Below, piece by piece: positions 9,869-19,527 of a stretch of 64,000 nucleotides of DNA. This DNA comes from Candidatus Bathyarchaeia archaeon. Lineage in GTDB: Archaea > Thermoproteota > Bathyarchaeia > Bathyarchaeales > Bathycorpusculaceae. The stretch's first letter is position 1. Every line of letters starts with the position of its first letter. A program made the translations under genes and the position numbers. The DNA lies in NCBI GenBank assembly GCA_049512935.1, contig JBEKWR010000002.1:64001-128000 (forward strand). The letters are read 5' to 3'. A model generated the notes under the pieces. That model ran no database searches. It was not told the origin of the DNA and saw only the letters and a program-made list of their open reading frames with translations.

Positions 9869-10927
9869 GTGCAACCCTTGACTAAGGAAATCGAAAAGCA
9901 AAACGAGGAACAACGAAAGCTCCAAGTGACAGGCGGATCAACATTCATACTCTCCCTGCCCAAGGAATGGGCCATCCGAAACGAACTCAAAAGAGGAAGC
10001 TCAATGGTGGTCCGCGAAGAAGACGACGGGTCACTATGCGTTGCGCCTTCAAAATTTGTCAAAAAAGAAAGGCAGGACGAAGCCTTCATCAAAGCGTCAA
10101 CGAGCGATAACCCCGACGCCGTTATGAGAACAGCGATTTCAGCCTACTTGGACGGCTACAACATCCTGCACATCAGAGCGCCCAGCCAAAAGGTGCTGTC
10201 AACCAAGGTTCGAAATCACCTTAAAAATTTTGCCAGACATTACCTGGTCGGAACCGAAATCGTAATTGACACGCCGACGGATTTGACTCTTCAGGTGCTT
10301 CTTAACTACCCTGAACTTACGGTTCAGAACGCGCTGAGTCGAATGTCGATAATAGCCTCATCCATGCATAAAGAAGCCTTAGCCGCGTTGACAAAACTGG
10401 ATTATACAGCAGCAAAATCCGTCATTGAGACCGACCGCGAAGTAAATCGGTTCGGGCTGTACATAGTCAGGCTTTTGAAGCTGGCGGTTTCAAACCCGCG
10501 GATCGTAAAGGAAATCGGTTTGAACTCGCAGAGAGACTGCTTGGGCTACAGGCTTATTGGGAAATCCGTTGAGAGAACCGCAGACCACGCAACCAAAATT
10601 GCCGAAAACACGCTTTGCCTAAAGGAACAGGTGAACGCGGAGCTTTTGGGAAAGATCGGCGAGTTAAGCGGCTTGGCCATTTCAATGTTTGAAAATTCGA
10701 TGGATGCCCTGTTTAGGCGAGACTTTAACTTGGCTGAGTCAGTAATCGAAAAACTGGGTCAGGTGCATAAACTTGAGAAGGAAACGGTGCTTTCCATGCA
10801 GAACACCAAGACGGAAGACGCCGTTAACCTCAGACTGATCATAGAAAGTGTGCGGAGAACGGCGGAGTACGCTAGCGACATATCCGAGGTTGTCCTAAAC
10901 CTAAACGTTGAAACCGTTCTGGGATAA
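9869..10927 (+). CDS. phoU: Phosphate uptake regulator (AbrB/SpoVT N-domain + 2 PhoU domains)
   Basis: RKLQVTGGSTFILSLPKEW (AbrB fold) and two PhoU repeats (ERTADHA; RRTAEYA). Adjacent to the pst operon. Confidence 0.88.
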   Translation: MQPLTKEIEKQNEEQRKLQVTGGSTFILSLPKEWAIRNELKRGSSMVVREEDDGSLCVAPSKFVKKERQDEAFIKASTSDNPDAVMRTAISAYLDGYNILHIRAPSQKVLSTKVRNHLKNFARHYLVGTEIVIDTPTDLTLQVLLNYPELTVQNALSRMSIIASSMHKEALAALTKLDYTAAKSVIETDREVNRFGLYIVRLLKLAVSNPRIVKEIGLNSQRDCLGYRLIGKSVERTADHATKIAENTLCLKEQVNAELLGKIGELSGLAISMFENSMDALFRRDFNLAESVIEKLGQVHKLEKETVLSMQNTKTEDAVNLRLIIESVRRTAEYASDISEVVLNLNVETVLG

Positions 10928-11038
10928 TTCATAAAATGGGTTCCCTAACTTTGAAAAAGCAAGTTCTTGCTGTTGTAAGAGATTAAATAGTCTGGGTAAC
11001 CCCGCTTTTACATGGACCCTTGATTTCTTTTTCGAGCG

Positions 11039-11704
11039 CTACCTCAACGTCACTTTTTCGCCCGTCGCAATGTAAACCACGGCTTCCATAATATGCATGG
11101 CGTGATCTGCGATGCGTTCAAGGTACCTTACGACAAGCACGCTGGAGATGGTACACTCGTTTGTGACGCCCGCCTGCTCCACAAGTTTGTCCAGATACTC
11201 AAAGTACGCCTTATCAACCGAGTCTTCAGCTTGAGTCATCGTTTTAACAAGTTCGGGGTTAAGCTTTCTCAGCGAGCTTATGCTTACCCTGACCATTTCG
11301 AGCACTTTCTCAGCGAGTTTACCGATGTAATCAAAAATCCACTTGTCGCAGTTGATGGTTTTCCCGTTGAAACGCGTTCCGATGAAGGATATGTCCCAGC
11401 CATACCTGCCGTAACGTTCAAAATCGTAGGCGACCTTCATGTAGGAGTTTATGATTCTCAAGTCAGAGGCAACTGGCTGATACCTAGCTATCAAGCCGAA
11501 AGCTTTCTCCTCAACTTCCACAGTCCTATTTACAAGAATTTCCGCGAGTTCATGAACGTCTTTTGAAACGTCTTTGCCATCGATAAAACCGCCCAGCGAT
11601 ATAGCCAAGGCTTTCTCGGCGACTCCGCCCATCTTGTAAACCAACACGGTTAATTCTTCTAATCCAGCATCCAATAGTCTTTGCATGTTACTCAATTTAA
11701 CCAA
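11039..11704 (-). CDS. phoU: Phosphate transport system regulatory protein PhoU
   Basis: [27 protein letters not shown] motifs; downstream of pstB. Confidence 0.92.
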   Translation of the reverse strand: MVKLSNMQRLLDAGLEELTVLVYKMGGVAEKALAISLGGFIDGKDVSKDVHELAEILVNRTVEVEEKAFGLIARYQPVASDLRIINSYMKVAYDFERYGRYGWDISFIGTRFNGKTINCDKWIFDYIGKLAEKVLEMVRVSISSLRKLNPELVKTMTQAEDSVDKAYFEYLDKLVEQAGVTNECTISSVLVVRYLERIADHAMHIMEAVVYIATGEKVTLR

Positions 11705-12479
11705 ACTTCCCCGTTATGTATTTTTCTGTTAACTCGCTCTGCGGGTTCTCAAACACCCTCGCCGTTTCCCCGAATTCTTCCAGTTTTCCAAGGTACATGA
11801 AGGCCGTGTAGTCGGAGACGCGTGCAGCCTGCTGAAGATTATGCGTCACAATAATGACTGTGAACTCTTTCTTGAGTTCAAAAATTGATTCCTCGACCTT
11901 GGCTGTGGCGATTGGATCAAGAGCGGAACAAGGCTCATCCATGAGGAGTATTTCAGGCTGCACCGCAAGAGCCCGCGCTATACAAAGCCTCTGCTGCTGC
12001 CCGCCTGAAAGAGCAGTTCCAGGCTTCTTCAAGTCGCCCTTGACTTCATCCCACAAGAACGCCATTCGAAGGCTCTTTTCCGCCAGCTCATTAAGCTTCT
12101 TTTTGTCTCTTACCCCGTTGAGTTTTAGGCCTGCCACGGCATTGTCGAAAATGGACATAGTGGGAAACGGGTTAGGCTTCTGAAAAACCATGCCGATCCT
12201 TCTGCGAATAGCCACTGGGTCCACGTTTGGCGCGTAGATGTTTACTCCGTCCAAGATGACTTCGCCCTCGACTTTTGCGCCTGGCGTCAACTCATGAATT
12301 CTGTTTAAACACCTGATTAGGGTGCTTTTTCCGCATCCTGATGGACCCATAACGGCGGTTACTCGGTTTTCAGGGAACCTTAGGTTGATTCCTTTGAGCG
12401 CCTGCACCTTGCCGTATATAGCCTTCAAGTCTCTTGTCTCCAGCTTTGCGAGAGACAAATCTTGGCTGTTTTTGCTCAA
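11697..12479 (-). CDS. pstB: Phosphate ABC transporter ATP-binding protein
   Basis: [38 protein letters not shown]. Confidence 0.96.
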   Translation of the reverse strand: MSKNSQDLSLAKLETRDLKAIYGKVQALKGINLRFPENRVTAVMGPSGCGKSTLIRCLNRIHELTPGAKVEGEVILDGVNIYAPNVDPVAIRRRIGMVFQKPNPFPTMSIFDNAVAGLKLNGVRDKKKLNELAEKSLRMAFLWDEVKGDLKKPGTALSGGQQQRLCIARALAVQPEILLMDEPCSALDPIATAKVEESIFELKKEFTVIIVTHNLQQAARVSDYTAFMYLGKLEEFGETARVFENPQSELTEKYITGKFG

Positions 12480-12538
12480 GTTCAGTCAATCCTCCCGAAG
12501 TTTACGTTGCGAGTTATCTTTTGAAATTCTGCCACTGT

Positions 12539-13414
12539 TTACTCCATCCTTGCCTCTGTTAAGTTTCTTCCTATAACAATTTTAACAAAAAGGTTCAATC
12601 CAAGCATTATAAGTATAAGAACCAAAGCTGCGCCCCACGCTTGAGTAACCCAGGTTGCATAAGGGGAAGTAGCGTAATTGTAGATTAGAACGGTCATAGA
12701 ACCAGTTGGCTGCGTAAACAGATTTGTGATGTAATAAGTGCTTGTCGCTGCCGTAAACAGTAACGGCGCCGTCTCTCCAGTTGCTCTGGCAATCGCCAAC
12801 ACTACACCAGTCAAAAGCCCAGTTTTCCCTGTGCTTATGACGATTCTGAAGATGGTTTTCCATCTTGGAACTCCCAGAGCCATTGAGGCTTCCCTTAACG
12901 TGTTAGGAACCAACTTCAGAGATTCATCTGTTGTCCTGGCGACTATCGGCAGCATTATGAAACTTAAAGCGACTGCGCCTGCAAAGGCAGAATAATGTTT
13001 CGTGTTCAGTACAATTATGATATAGACGAAAAGCCCTATAACCATCGAAGGGAACCCTGTTAGAACGTCGTTCATGAAACCTGAAATTGTGGATAGCTTA
13101 GATGAAGACCATTCTGAGAAAAAGATTCCTGCGCCAACCCCGATTGGCACGGAGATAAGGGCTGCTAAACCAACCATGGTGAAGCTTCCTGCTACGGCGC
13201 TGGCTATTCCGCCGCCTGAAAATGTAGGTCCCGTTGGCAAATGGGTTAAGAAATCTATGTTTATCGCTGGTGCTCCCTTTATCGCAACGTCTCCTAATAT
13301 TAGGATGAGGGGAACAACTGCAAGAAGCACGGCGACAATTATCAAAATAAACATTAACCTATTGACAATTTTTCGCCAAAGCGAAATACCCAGTGGCAAA
13401 TCAGTTCTTTCCAA
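12539..13414 (-). CDS. pstA: Phosphate ABC transporter permease PstA
   Basis: LREASMALG (EAA loop) and ARATGETAPLL. Likely TTG start at 13414 behind a GGAGG SD (ORF track starts at 13465). Confidence 0.92.
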   Translation of the reverse strand: MERTDLPLGISLWRKIVNRLMFILIIVAVLLAVVPLILILGDVAIKGAPAINIDFLTHLPTGPTFSGGGIASAVAGSFTMVGLAALISVPIGVGAGIFFSEWSSSKLSTISGFMNDVLTGFPSMVIGLFVYIIIVLNTKHYSAFAGAVALSFIMLPIVARTTDESLKLVPNTLREASMALGVPRWKTIFRIVISTGKTGLLTGVVLAIARATGETAPLLFTAATSTYYITNLFTQPTGSMTVLIYNYATSPYATWVTQAWGAALVLILIMLGLNLFVKIVIGRNLTEARME

Positions 13415-13428
13415 AAAAGCGTCCTCCT

Positions 13429-14346
13429 TCAAATCTTTTTCTGGGTGCCACGGGTCATCCTCCAAAGCAAAAGTCGAGCTAACACATTGATTATTAAGGT
13501 GACAGCAAACAGGATCAACGCAACCTCAATAATCGCAGACCGATAAATTCCTGTTGCTTCACCAAACTGGTTCGCAATCAGCGCCGACAAAGTGTAACCA
13601 GGTGTAAAAAGACTTGGTGTAATCTTAGCGACATTTCCGATAACCATAACAACCGCCATAGTTTCGCCAACAGCCCGTCCCAAACCAAGAACGAACGCAC
13701 CAAAAATCCCTGACCGCGCATAGGGTAAGACGCTTTTCTGGGTAACTTCCCAGTCCGTAGCGCCAAGCGAGTACATGGCTTCCCGCTGACTGTTTGGAAC
13801 AGCACTCAGGACATCCCTTGAAACTGCTGACATCGTTGGGATTATCATTATTGCCAGAATAACTCCTGCGGTGAAAAAACTTGTCTGATAAGGAGTCCCA
13901 GCAAATAAGGGGATGAAACCGAGTGAAAGGTGTAAGGGTTTTTCAACGTACGTGTATAAGAGGGGAGCTAAGATAAAGAGCCCCCAGAGACCGTAAATTA
14001 CGCTTGGCACCGCCGCGAGAAGATCAACCAATGTGCCCAGTGTGTAACCCAGACCTCGATGACTTTTGAGTCTTTCAGAAATAAAGATAGCCACGCCAAG
14101 GCTAATTGGGAGTCCGATGAGTATTGCAATGGCTGACGTTAATAAAGTTCCATAAATAAAGGGTAAAGCGCCGTAAATATTGTGAGATGGATCCCAAGTT
14201 GACCCAGTTAAAAAGCTGAATCCAAATTCGTTTATTGAGGCGGCTGAACCTGAGAAGAGTTCTACTGCAAGGGCAACAAGAAGAGCTATGACGAAGAAGG
14301 CTGCTGCTGCAAGAACTATTTTTACTACTGTATCGCCTCTTACCAG
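13429..14346 (-). CDS. pstC: Phosphate ABC transporter permease PstC (non-canonical start, extends beyond the ORF track call)
   Basis: LAAVPSVIYGLWG and LGLGRAVGETMAV. The frame stays open 84 codons upstream of 14094 and encodes a typical PstC N-terminus (FLTGSTWDP...YGALPFIYGTLLTS). Confidence 0.9.
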   Translation of the reverse strand: MVRGDTVVKIVLAAAAFFVIALLVALAVELFSGSAASINEFGFSFLTGSTWDPSHNIYGALPFIYGTLLTSAIAILIGLPISLGVAIFISERLKSHRGLGYTLGTLVDLLAAVPSVIYGLWGLFILAPLLYTYVEKPLHLSLGFIPLFAGTPYQTSFFTAGVILAIMIIPTMSAVSRDVLSAVPNSQREAMYSLGATDWEVTQKSVLPYARSGIFGAFVLGLGRAVGETMAVVMVIGNVAKITPSLFTPGYTLSALIANQFGEATGIYRSAIIEVALILFAVTLIINVLARLLLWRMTRGTQKKI

Positions 14347-14421
14347 CGTGATATGTACTTCGCCTCCTCAGTTTTTTGTTAATCGCAATACAAAAAAATA
14401 AGGAAAAGATTGTTTTTAAAT

Positions 14422-15708
14422 CTAGTTGAGCAGTGGTATTTGAGCGCCAGTTGATTGGTACGTTATCTGGCTAATTGTTGTAGTGTCGATGGCGACGATG
14501 TTAGCTGGGAGTGGAGCATAGCCCTCTTTTGTTGCGTACGCTTGGCCTTGGTTTATGACCCATGTTAGGAAGCTTACGAGAGCAGCGCCCTGATTGAAGC
14601 TTGTCTGCGATTCGTATACTAGAGCGTAAGTTAAGGTCACAATTGGGTAGATGCCAGTATCTGTTTTGTCATTGAAGATGTTGTCGATTATTGAAACGTT
14701 TGACCACACGCCGTTTCCAGCTGGAAGGTTAGTTGCGCCTGCTGCTAGCGAAAGCTGCATGTTTGACACGTTTGCCAAGATGGCGTTGCCCGCGGCGTTT
14801 ACTACGGCTCCATAGGAGATTAGACTTGGATTCTGGAGTGCGTAAGCTATTTCGAGTGGACCTATTGACCCTGTGTACAATTCAATGTCTTGTGCTACGC
14901 CAGCGTTTCCTTTAGCGCCTAAGCCTACTGGCCAGTTTGGAAGCTTGCTCTTTCCAGGTCCATTTGCCCATGCGGTGCTTGCCTGAGACAGATAATCGGT
15001 GAAGGCGAACATTGTTCCGCTACCGTCTGACCTGTGGATCACGGTTATTGCTGTAGAGGGCAATTGAGCTGCTAAAGTCGGGTTTAGCTGTTGGAGAGAC
15101 AAATCATTCCATGTGGTAATTGTTCCTAAGAAAATGTTTGCTAGCACTGTCCCGTTGAAAATGAGCCCGTCCGGACACATTGAACCGTTGACCAGTTTTA
15201 GGTTGTATGCTGGTACAACTGCGCTGGCAGATATTGGAATAGTTAATGCTGTTGTGCCTGTAGGGAGCCCCGCGATGTCTGCTGCTTGCAGCGGCATATC
15301 TGATTCGCCGAAATCGACAGTTTGACCTTGGAAGGCTGTGATTCCTGCGCCGCTTCCGACTGCATTGTAGTTAACCTGCACTTTGGGTTGGTATTGGTTG
15401 TAGGCTATTTGCCAGTCAGCCATTAATGGTTGGACAAGTGTGCCGCCTGCCCCGTTAAGCTGGGTTGCAGGCGATATTGTTGGAACAGGAGTTGGAGCTG
15501 GAGTGGGTGTTGGAGCGGCAGTTGGGCCTGCTGTTGGAGCAGCTGTTGGTTTCGCCGTTGGTGCGGCTGTAGGCGCAGCTGTCGGGGTTGGTGTGGGGCT
15601 TGAAGCTTGCTTTGAGGCGTTTGATGACATATACGTGTAAGCGAATACGCTACCTATTATGATGGCGATGACGACTACTGCGATAACTATCATGTATGTA
15701 GTTTTCAT
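14422..15708 (-). CDS. pstS: Phosphate ABC transporter substrate-binding protein PstS, membrane-anchored
   Basis: N-terminal TM helix, Pro/Thr/Ala linker, GSGAG, DFGESD, RSDGSGT, YPI motifs. Confidence 0.95.
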   Translation of the reverse strand: MKTTYMIVIAVVVIAIIIGSVFAYTYMSSNASKQASSPTPTPTAAPTAAPTAKPTAAPTAGPTAAPTPTPAPTPVPTISPATQLNGAGGTLVQPLMADWQIAYNQYQPKVQVNYNAVGSGAGITAFQGQTVDFGESDMPLQAADIAGLPTGTTALTIPISASAVVPAYNLKLVNGSMCPDGLIFNGTVLANIFLGTITTWNDLSLQQLNPTLAAQLPSTAITVIHRSDGSGTMFAFTDYLSQASTAWANGPGKSKLPNWPVGLGAKGNAGVAQDIELYTGSIGPLEIAYALQNPSLISYGAVVNAAGNAILANVSNMQLSLAAGATNLPAGNGVWSNVSIIDNIFNDKTDTGIYPIVTLTYALVYESQTSFNQGAALVSFLTWVINQGQAYATKEGYAPLPANIVAIDTTTISQITYQSTGAQIPLLN

Positions 15709-15774
15709 CTTTGTTACCTCTTTTTACAAGCGACAATGTAGAATCTGTTGTTATATCGATTCCCAACATAATTA

Positions 15775-15790
15775 CTATAGACTATATAGA
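15775..15790. promoter_or_regulatory. Candidate Pho-box-like operator upstream of pstS
   Basis: CTATAGACTATATAGA; its reverse complement shares TATATAGTCTATA with the phoU upstream site. Confidence 0.55.
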
Positions 15791-15954
15791 CGAGGAAAGA
15801 AGCGAAAGAAGCCTGTAAACCCCAAGAAAACACAGCTTAATCGCCAATTTTTTCGGGAAGGAAGTAAGCGGGGCACAGCTCAGCCGAGTTCACCATGCCT
15901 TTTCTATGAAAACGGGGTAACCTTCAAAAGAGAGCATGTACCGTCATTGGGACA

Positions 15955-16590
15955 ATGGTACCTATTCTGAACGTTAATTGGCAGAGTCTTCCAGAGGACT
16001 ATTACCTTAGCGAACGCGATGCTGACGTGTTGACGCTTATAGAAACTGAAGACTTAGCCGTATTCACGTTTGACGGGCTGAAAAGAAGAACAGGCTTGCA
16101 TCCTGAAACGCTTTCTCGCATCCTTGCCCGACTGGAGCAAGAGGGCATAGTGAAAAAGGAGCATGAAGGCTACAGGGTCACCCCTAAAATAACCAAGCTT
16201 AAACTCAGCCGAACACGCCCACGCAACGAAGAGGCTGCGACGCCGCTGATTCAAACTTTTCTTCCGTCAGACTTGATGACGCAGCAGCTTATCTTATCGC
16301 TTAAAGGCAAATGGTTCGGACTGCTCCGTTGGCTTGGCATTTCAGAAAATAGTCGAGGAGTGACGTTGAAGTGGGTCACGGAAGACGGCGGAATCCAAGT
16401 AGCCGCAAACATTCAGGGAACCGCGCTTAACATCGAAGCGAAATTCTTAACAAGCAACGACTTAAACCTCGCGTTGAAGGCTTCTTACCAGCTTATGGCG
16501 AACATCGGCAAGCTTTGCCAAGGCTCACATACAGCGACAGCGAGGAACGTGGCTTACTACGGCGGCTCGAACTTCTTCATGCCCGCTTAA
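15955..16590 (+). CDS. Winged-helix (MarR-like) DNA-binding domain protein
   Basis: FTFDGLKRRTGLHPETLSRILARLEQEGIV...GYRVT wHTH; divergent from pstS. Confidence 0.75.
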   Translation: MVPILNVNWQSLPEDYYLSERDADVLTLIETEDLAVFTFDGLKRRTGLHPETLSRILARLEQEGIVKKEHEGYRVTPKITKLKLSRTRPRNEEAATPLIQTFLPSDLMTQQLILSLKGKWFGLLRWLGISENSRGVTLKWVTEDGGIQVAANIQGTALNIEAKFLTSNDLNLALKASYQLMANIGKLCQGSHTATARNVAYYGGSNFFMPA

Positions 16591-16821
16591 TCGCACTGTA
16601 GTCTTTTTTTAGCGGAAACCTGCGTTTTGGTTATTCGCCTTTGCACCAAGTCACCTCAACACTAATGTATCCCCATGCCATTGCCAAAAGCACTAGCAGC
16701 AAAAAATTATGTGATTAATCGGTGACTAAATAGGGGTAAATTGGGAAAAAGCATTTAAAAAGCAAACATAAGCTATGAACGTCCAAATGGGGTTGGTAGT
16801 TGCGCGGGTCTTGGTTGCATA

Positions 16822-17829
16822 ATGGTGGAGCAAGAAACAGAGGAGACAGAGCTAAAGAACTTAAAGCTTGAGAAATTGAAGGCTGAAGTAAGCTTCGATT
16901 ATCACTCTTCAAGGTTCTTCTCTCTGCTTTTCTTAGCCATCTACATCGTCGCCGTAACCATTTTCTGCATAGAATACAGAATCATACCCGGCCCCGAATT
17001 CTTGGTTCTGGGAATTCTCTTCGTCGCCGCTTACAGCAAGCAGACCTGGAGCGCCCTGAAAGATTGGCTGCCGTTCATCACCGTGTTCCTCTCTTACGAG
17101 GTCATGTACAGCTTCGTAGGCATCGTCTCGTCAAGTAACCTCCACTCTGGACCGCAGATCATAGACACAAGCCTGTTCGGTCAACCGCTGTCGCTTACGC
17201 TTCAGCAGACGGTGAGGTTACCGATTCTTGACTACATGGGAGCCGTCTTCTACGGAATATACTTCTTTGTGCCCACCGTTTTCGCATACGTGGTTTGGAA
17301 AAAGAGCCCCAAGAACTACTGGAAGTACACCGTTGCCTTCGGCGTGTTGACTTACAGCGCTTTGATAACGTTTCTTTTCTATCCTGTCGCGCCTCCGTGG
17401 TTTCAATACAACTCAGCGTTTAACCCCACATACTCGGGGCCGCAGGTCATAAGGATCCTAACTGGGTCCGTTGACGTTCAACTGCATCTTCCCGTCTACA
17501 AGACACTGTTTGATTTTCTAAGCCCCAACCTTTACGCCGCCTTTCCAAGCATGCACTCCGCCATGCCCTGGCTGGTTTTCCTCTTCGCATTCAGAATCTG
17601 GAAATGGAAATCCCTTCCGGTGGCGATCATCCCGGTGGGCACATGGTTCAGCGCGGTTTACCTTGGTGAACACTACTTCACGGACGTCGTGGGTGGAATA
17701 GTTTACGCCACAGTCGCGTACTTCGCAGTCGTCAAACTCTTGCCGTACGTGTCAGACAGGATCAACTTCCTGCAGAAGCACGTTCCAAAAGAAAAAAAAG
17801 CCGAATCATCTACCCCGGTTTCGGGCTAA
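16822..17829 (+). CDS. PAP2 superfamily (Aur1/IPC synthase-like) membrane phosphatase/phosphotransferase
   Basis: YPVAPPW, AAFPSMH and HYFTD catalytic motifs; multiple TMs. Confidence 0.88.
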   Translation: MVEQETEETELKNLKLEKLKAEVSFDYHSSRFFSLLFLAIYIVAVTIFCIEYRIIPGPEFLVLGILFVAAYSKQTWSALKDWLPFITVFLSYEVMYSFVGIVSSSNLHSGPQIIDTSLFGQPLSLTLQQTVRLPILDYMGAVFYGIYFFVPTVFAYVVWKKSPKNYWKYTVAFGVLTYSALITFLFYPVAPPWFQYNSAFNPTYSGPQVIRILTGSVDVQLHLPVYKTLFDFLSPNLYAAFPSMHSAMPWLVFLFAFRIWKWKSLPVAIIPVGTWFSAVYLGEHYFTDVVGGIVYATVAYFAVVKLLPYVSDRINFLQKHVPKEKKAESSTPVSG

Positions 17830-17911
17830 ATCCGTTTTTCGTTCGAAAAACTCGCCGGCACCCCGTAATCTTAGTTTGCCAGTCTCGAAATCTAGTCGTA
17901 AAAACGGCTGC

Positions 17912-18028
17912 TTAGCGTTTAACGCATTGCCCCGTGGCGGCGTCGAAATGGTAGGTTTTGCTGTAGTCGCAGGTTCTGCAGTCGTCTTTTATTTCTTGAC
18001 CGTACGGGCAACCTTTCAAGTCAGCCAT
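17912..18028 (-). CDS. 38-aa Cys-rich micro-protein, missed by the ORF track
   Basis: MADLKGCPYGQEIKDDCRTCDYSKTYHFDAATGQCVKR*; four Cys; GGTGA SD upstream. Confidence 0.5.
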   Translation of the reverse strand: MADLKGCPYGQEIKDDCRTCDYSKTYHFDAATGQCVKR

Positions 18029-18111
18029 GATTTTTTCACCATGCTTGGAAGGATATCGAAATCTTGCTATTTAAACTGTGCAGATTTTTTGTCGCGTATA
18101 GCAGGTTGGAC

Positions 18112-18585
18112 CTATGAAGAGTCGAATTTTATTATGGCGGGCGAAAAATACGTGTTAAGGTCTTGAGTGAGGCTTGTTATTTGGTCGCTGCTTAGGGGAC
18201 TGTTTGCAAAAAGAACGACTACTTGGTTATCCAAACTTCCAGAGCCAGGGTAACCTGTGACATCCATGTTGAGTGTTGTTTGATCTGAGCCGCTTATTGG
18301 TATGGTTGCAAGTTCTGGATATTTCGACACCAAGGGTTGCAGGGCTTGCACGGAGGGAGTACCGATCCCGGCCTGAGCGTTTAAATTTGTAATCTTAAGG
18401 TGCCATGAATAAAATGTTAGGTTTGAATCTGGAAAGTTAGTTATACCAGCAGGAACGTAATTCTCGCCTAAATAGGTGAAAACAGCTGTTGGTTTAGAGG
18501 AATTAGAAATAACGAAGAAAACTGCCACAACTGCTACGATAATTACTAGCACGATTGCCAAGACAGCTGTAATTTTCTTGTTCAT
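18112..18585 (-). CDS. Hypothetical membrane-anchored/secreted protein
   Basis: MNKK followed by a hydrophobic helix, then a polar Ser/Thr/Asn-rich domain. Confidence 0.7.
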   Translation of the reverse strand: MNKKITAVLAIVLVIIVAVVAVFFVISNSSKPTAVFTYLGENYVPAGITNFPDSNLTFYSWHLKITNLNAQAGIGTPSVQALQPLVSKYPELATIPISGSDQTTLNMDVTGYPGSGSLDNQVVVLFANSPLSSDQITSLTQDLNTYFSPAIIKFDSS

Positions 18586-18745
18586 ATGGCACCAACTCTG
18601 GTTTATTTGGTTCAGCTGCTTTTAATCCCTTCGTAAGCAAACAAGCGTTTTACCAAAGCAGCAACCAAGCAGTTCGCAGAAGCATTACAGCTTTGACCCC
18701 GAAAACATGCAATCAAAACGCGCACAAAAGATGCTTAGAGCAAAC

Positions 18746-18762
18746 AAGTAGCCCGGGAGAGA
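18746..18762 (+). repeat. Left att direct repeat (AAGTAGCCCGGGAGAGA)
   Basis: Identical 17-mer at 60425-60441. Confidence 0.85.
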
Positions 18763-18864
18763 CGGGCGCCCAGGCATGAATCTATACGGAATTAGGCCTC
18801 GGAATAAAGCTCTTTCCCCCATTTTTTCTTTGTTTCTTTTTTTAGCTAGGAGGCTGAGCTAAGC

Positions 18865-19407
18865 TTGGTCGAGGAGCAGACCGTTATCGATGTTCAGCCT
18901 AAGAACCTAATCTGCAACTTTCGAGCTCCCAACTTGCAGCAATACCAGCGTTGGAAGGCTTACGTTCAATGGGCTAAAGAAAACGGCATGGACGTCTGCC
19001 ATGTCACACTTAGTCTGATTGATTCTTTTATGAAAGGAACCGAGGGCGCAGCCGAGGTACGTAACGGAAAGCAAGTCATCACTATCCAGCAGAACAACGT
19101 TTTTCAGTATCAGGTTTCCAAGCCCAGAAGAGAACCATATGACTTGAGTTGTGTTAAACGAGAGTACCAGAAAACATTTAGTAGTAGCCTTTTTGAGGCA
19201 TATGTCCTTAACAAAGCAAGAGAGCTAACGAGGGAATTTAGCTACATGGACTTTTTAGAGCTTAAACATGATGCTTTCCGCCGAATTGTACTACGCTTGA
19301 AGCGGAAAGGCAAAATTGTGGCTAATCCTCAGCGATCGGTTCCGAGATTTTACTTTTTAGCTGACCGCGTCAGCGACTACTCTTCAGATGGAAGAACAAC
19401 ACAGTAA
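18865..19407 (+). CDS. Hypothetical element protein with C-terminal wHTH-like region
   Basis: First ORF inside the left att; C-terminal FRRIVLRLKRKGKIV...PRFY resembles a wHTH. Confidence 0.6.
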   Translation: MVEEQTVIDVQPKNLICNFRAPNLQQYQRWKAYVQWAKENGMDVCHVTLSLIDSFMKGTEGAAEVRNGKQVITIQQNNVFQYQVSKPRREPYDLSCVKREYQKTFSSSLFEAYVLNKARELTREFSYMDFLELKHDAFRRIVLRLKRKGKIVANPQRSVPRFYFLADRVSDYSSDGRTTQ

Positions 19408-19527
19408 AACAAATGTTTACATGGGAAATTGCCAATTATTATCCCCACAGGATCTATCGGTGGTTTGCCACATTTGTTATTTTTGTTATGACTGTTATTT
19501 CGACTTGAAATGGGTCCTGACACCCTC

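Noticed and set aside
15440-15640. Gly/Ala/Val-rich plus-strand ORF and apparent DNA repeat
   Set aside because: It is the antisense shadow of the PTAA/PT linker of PstS, an ordinary archaeal membrane-anchor linker.
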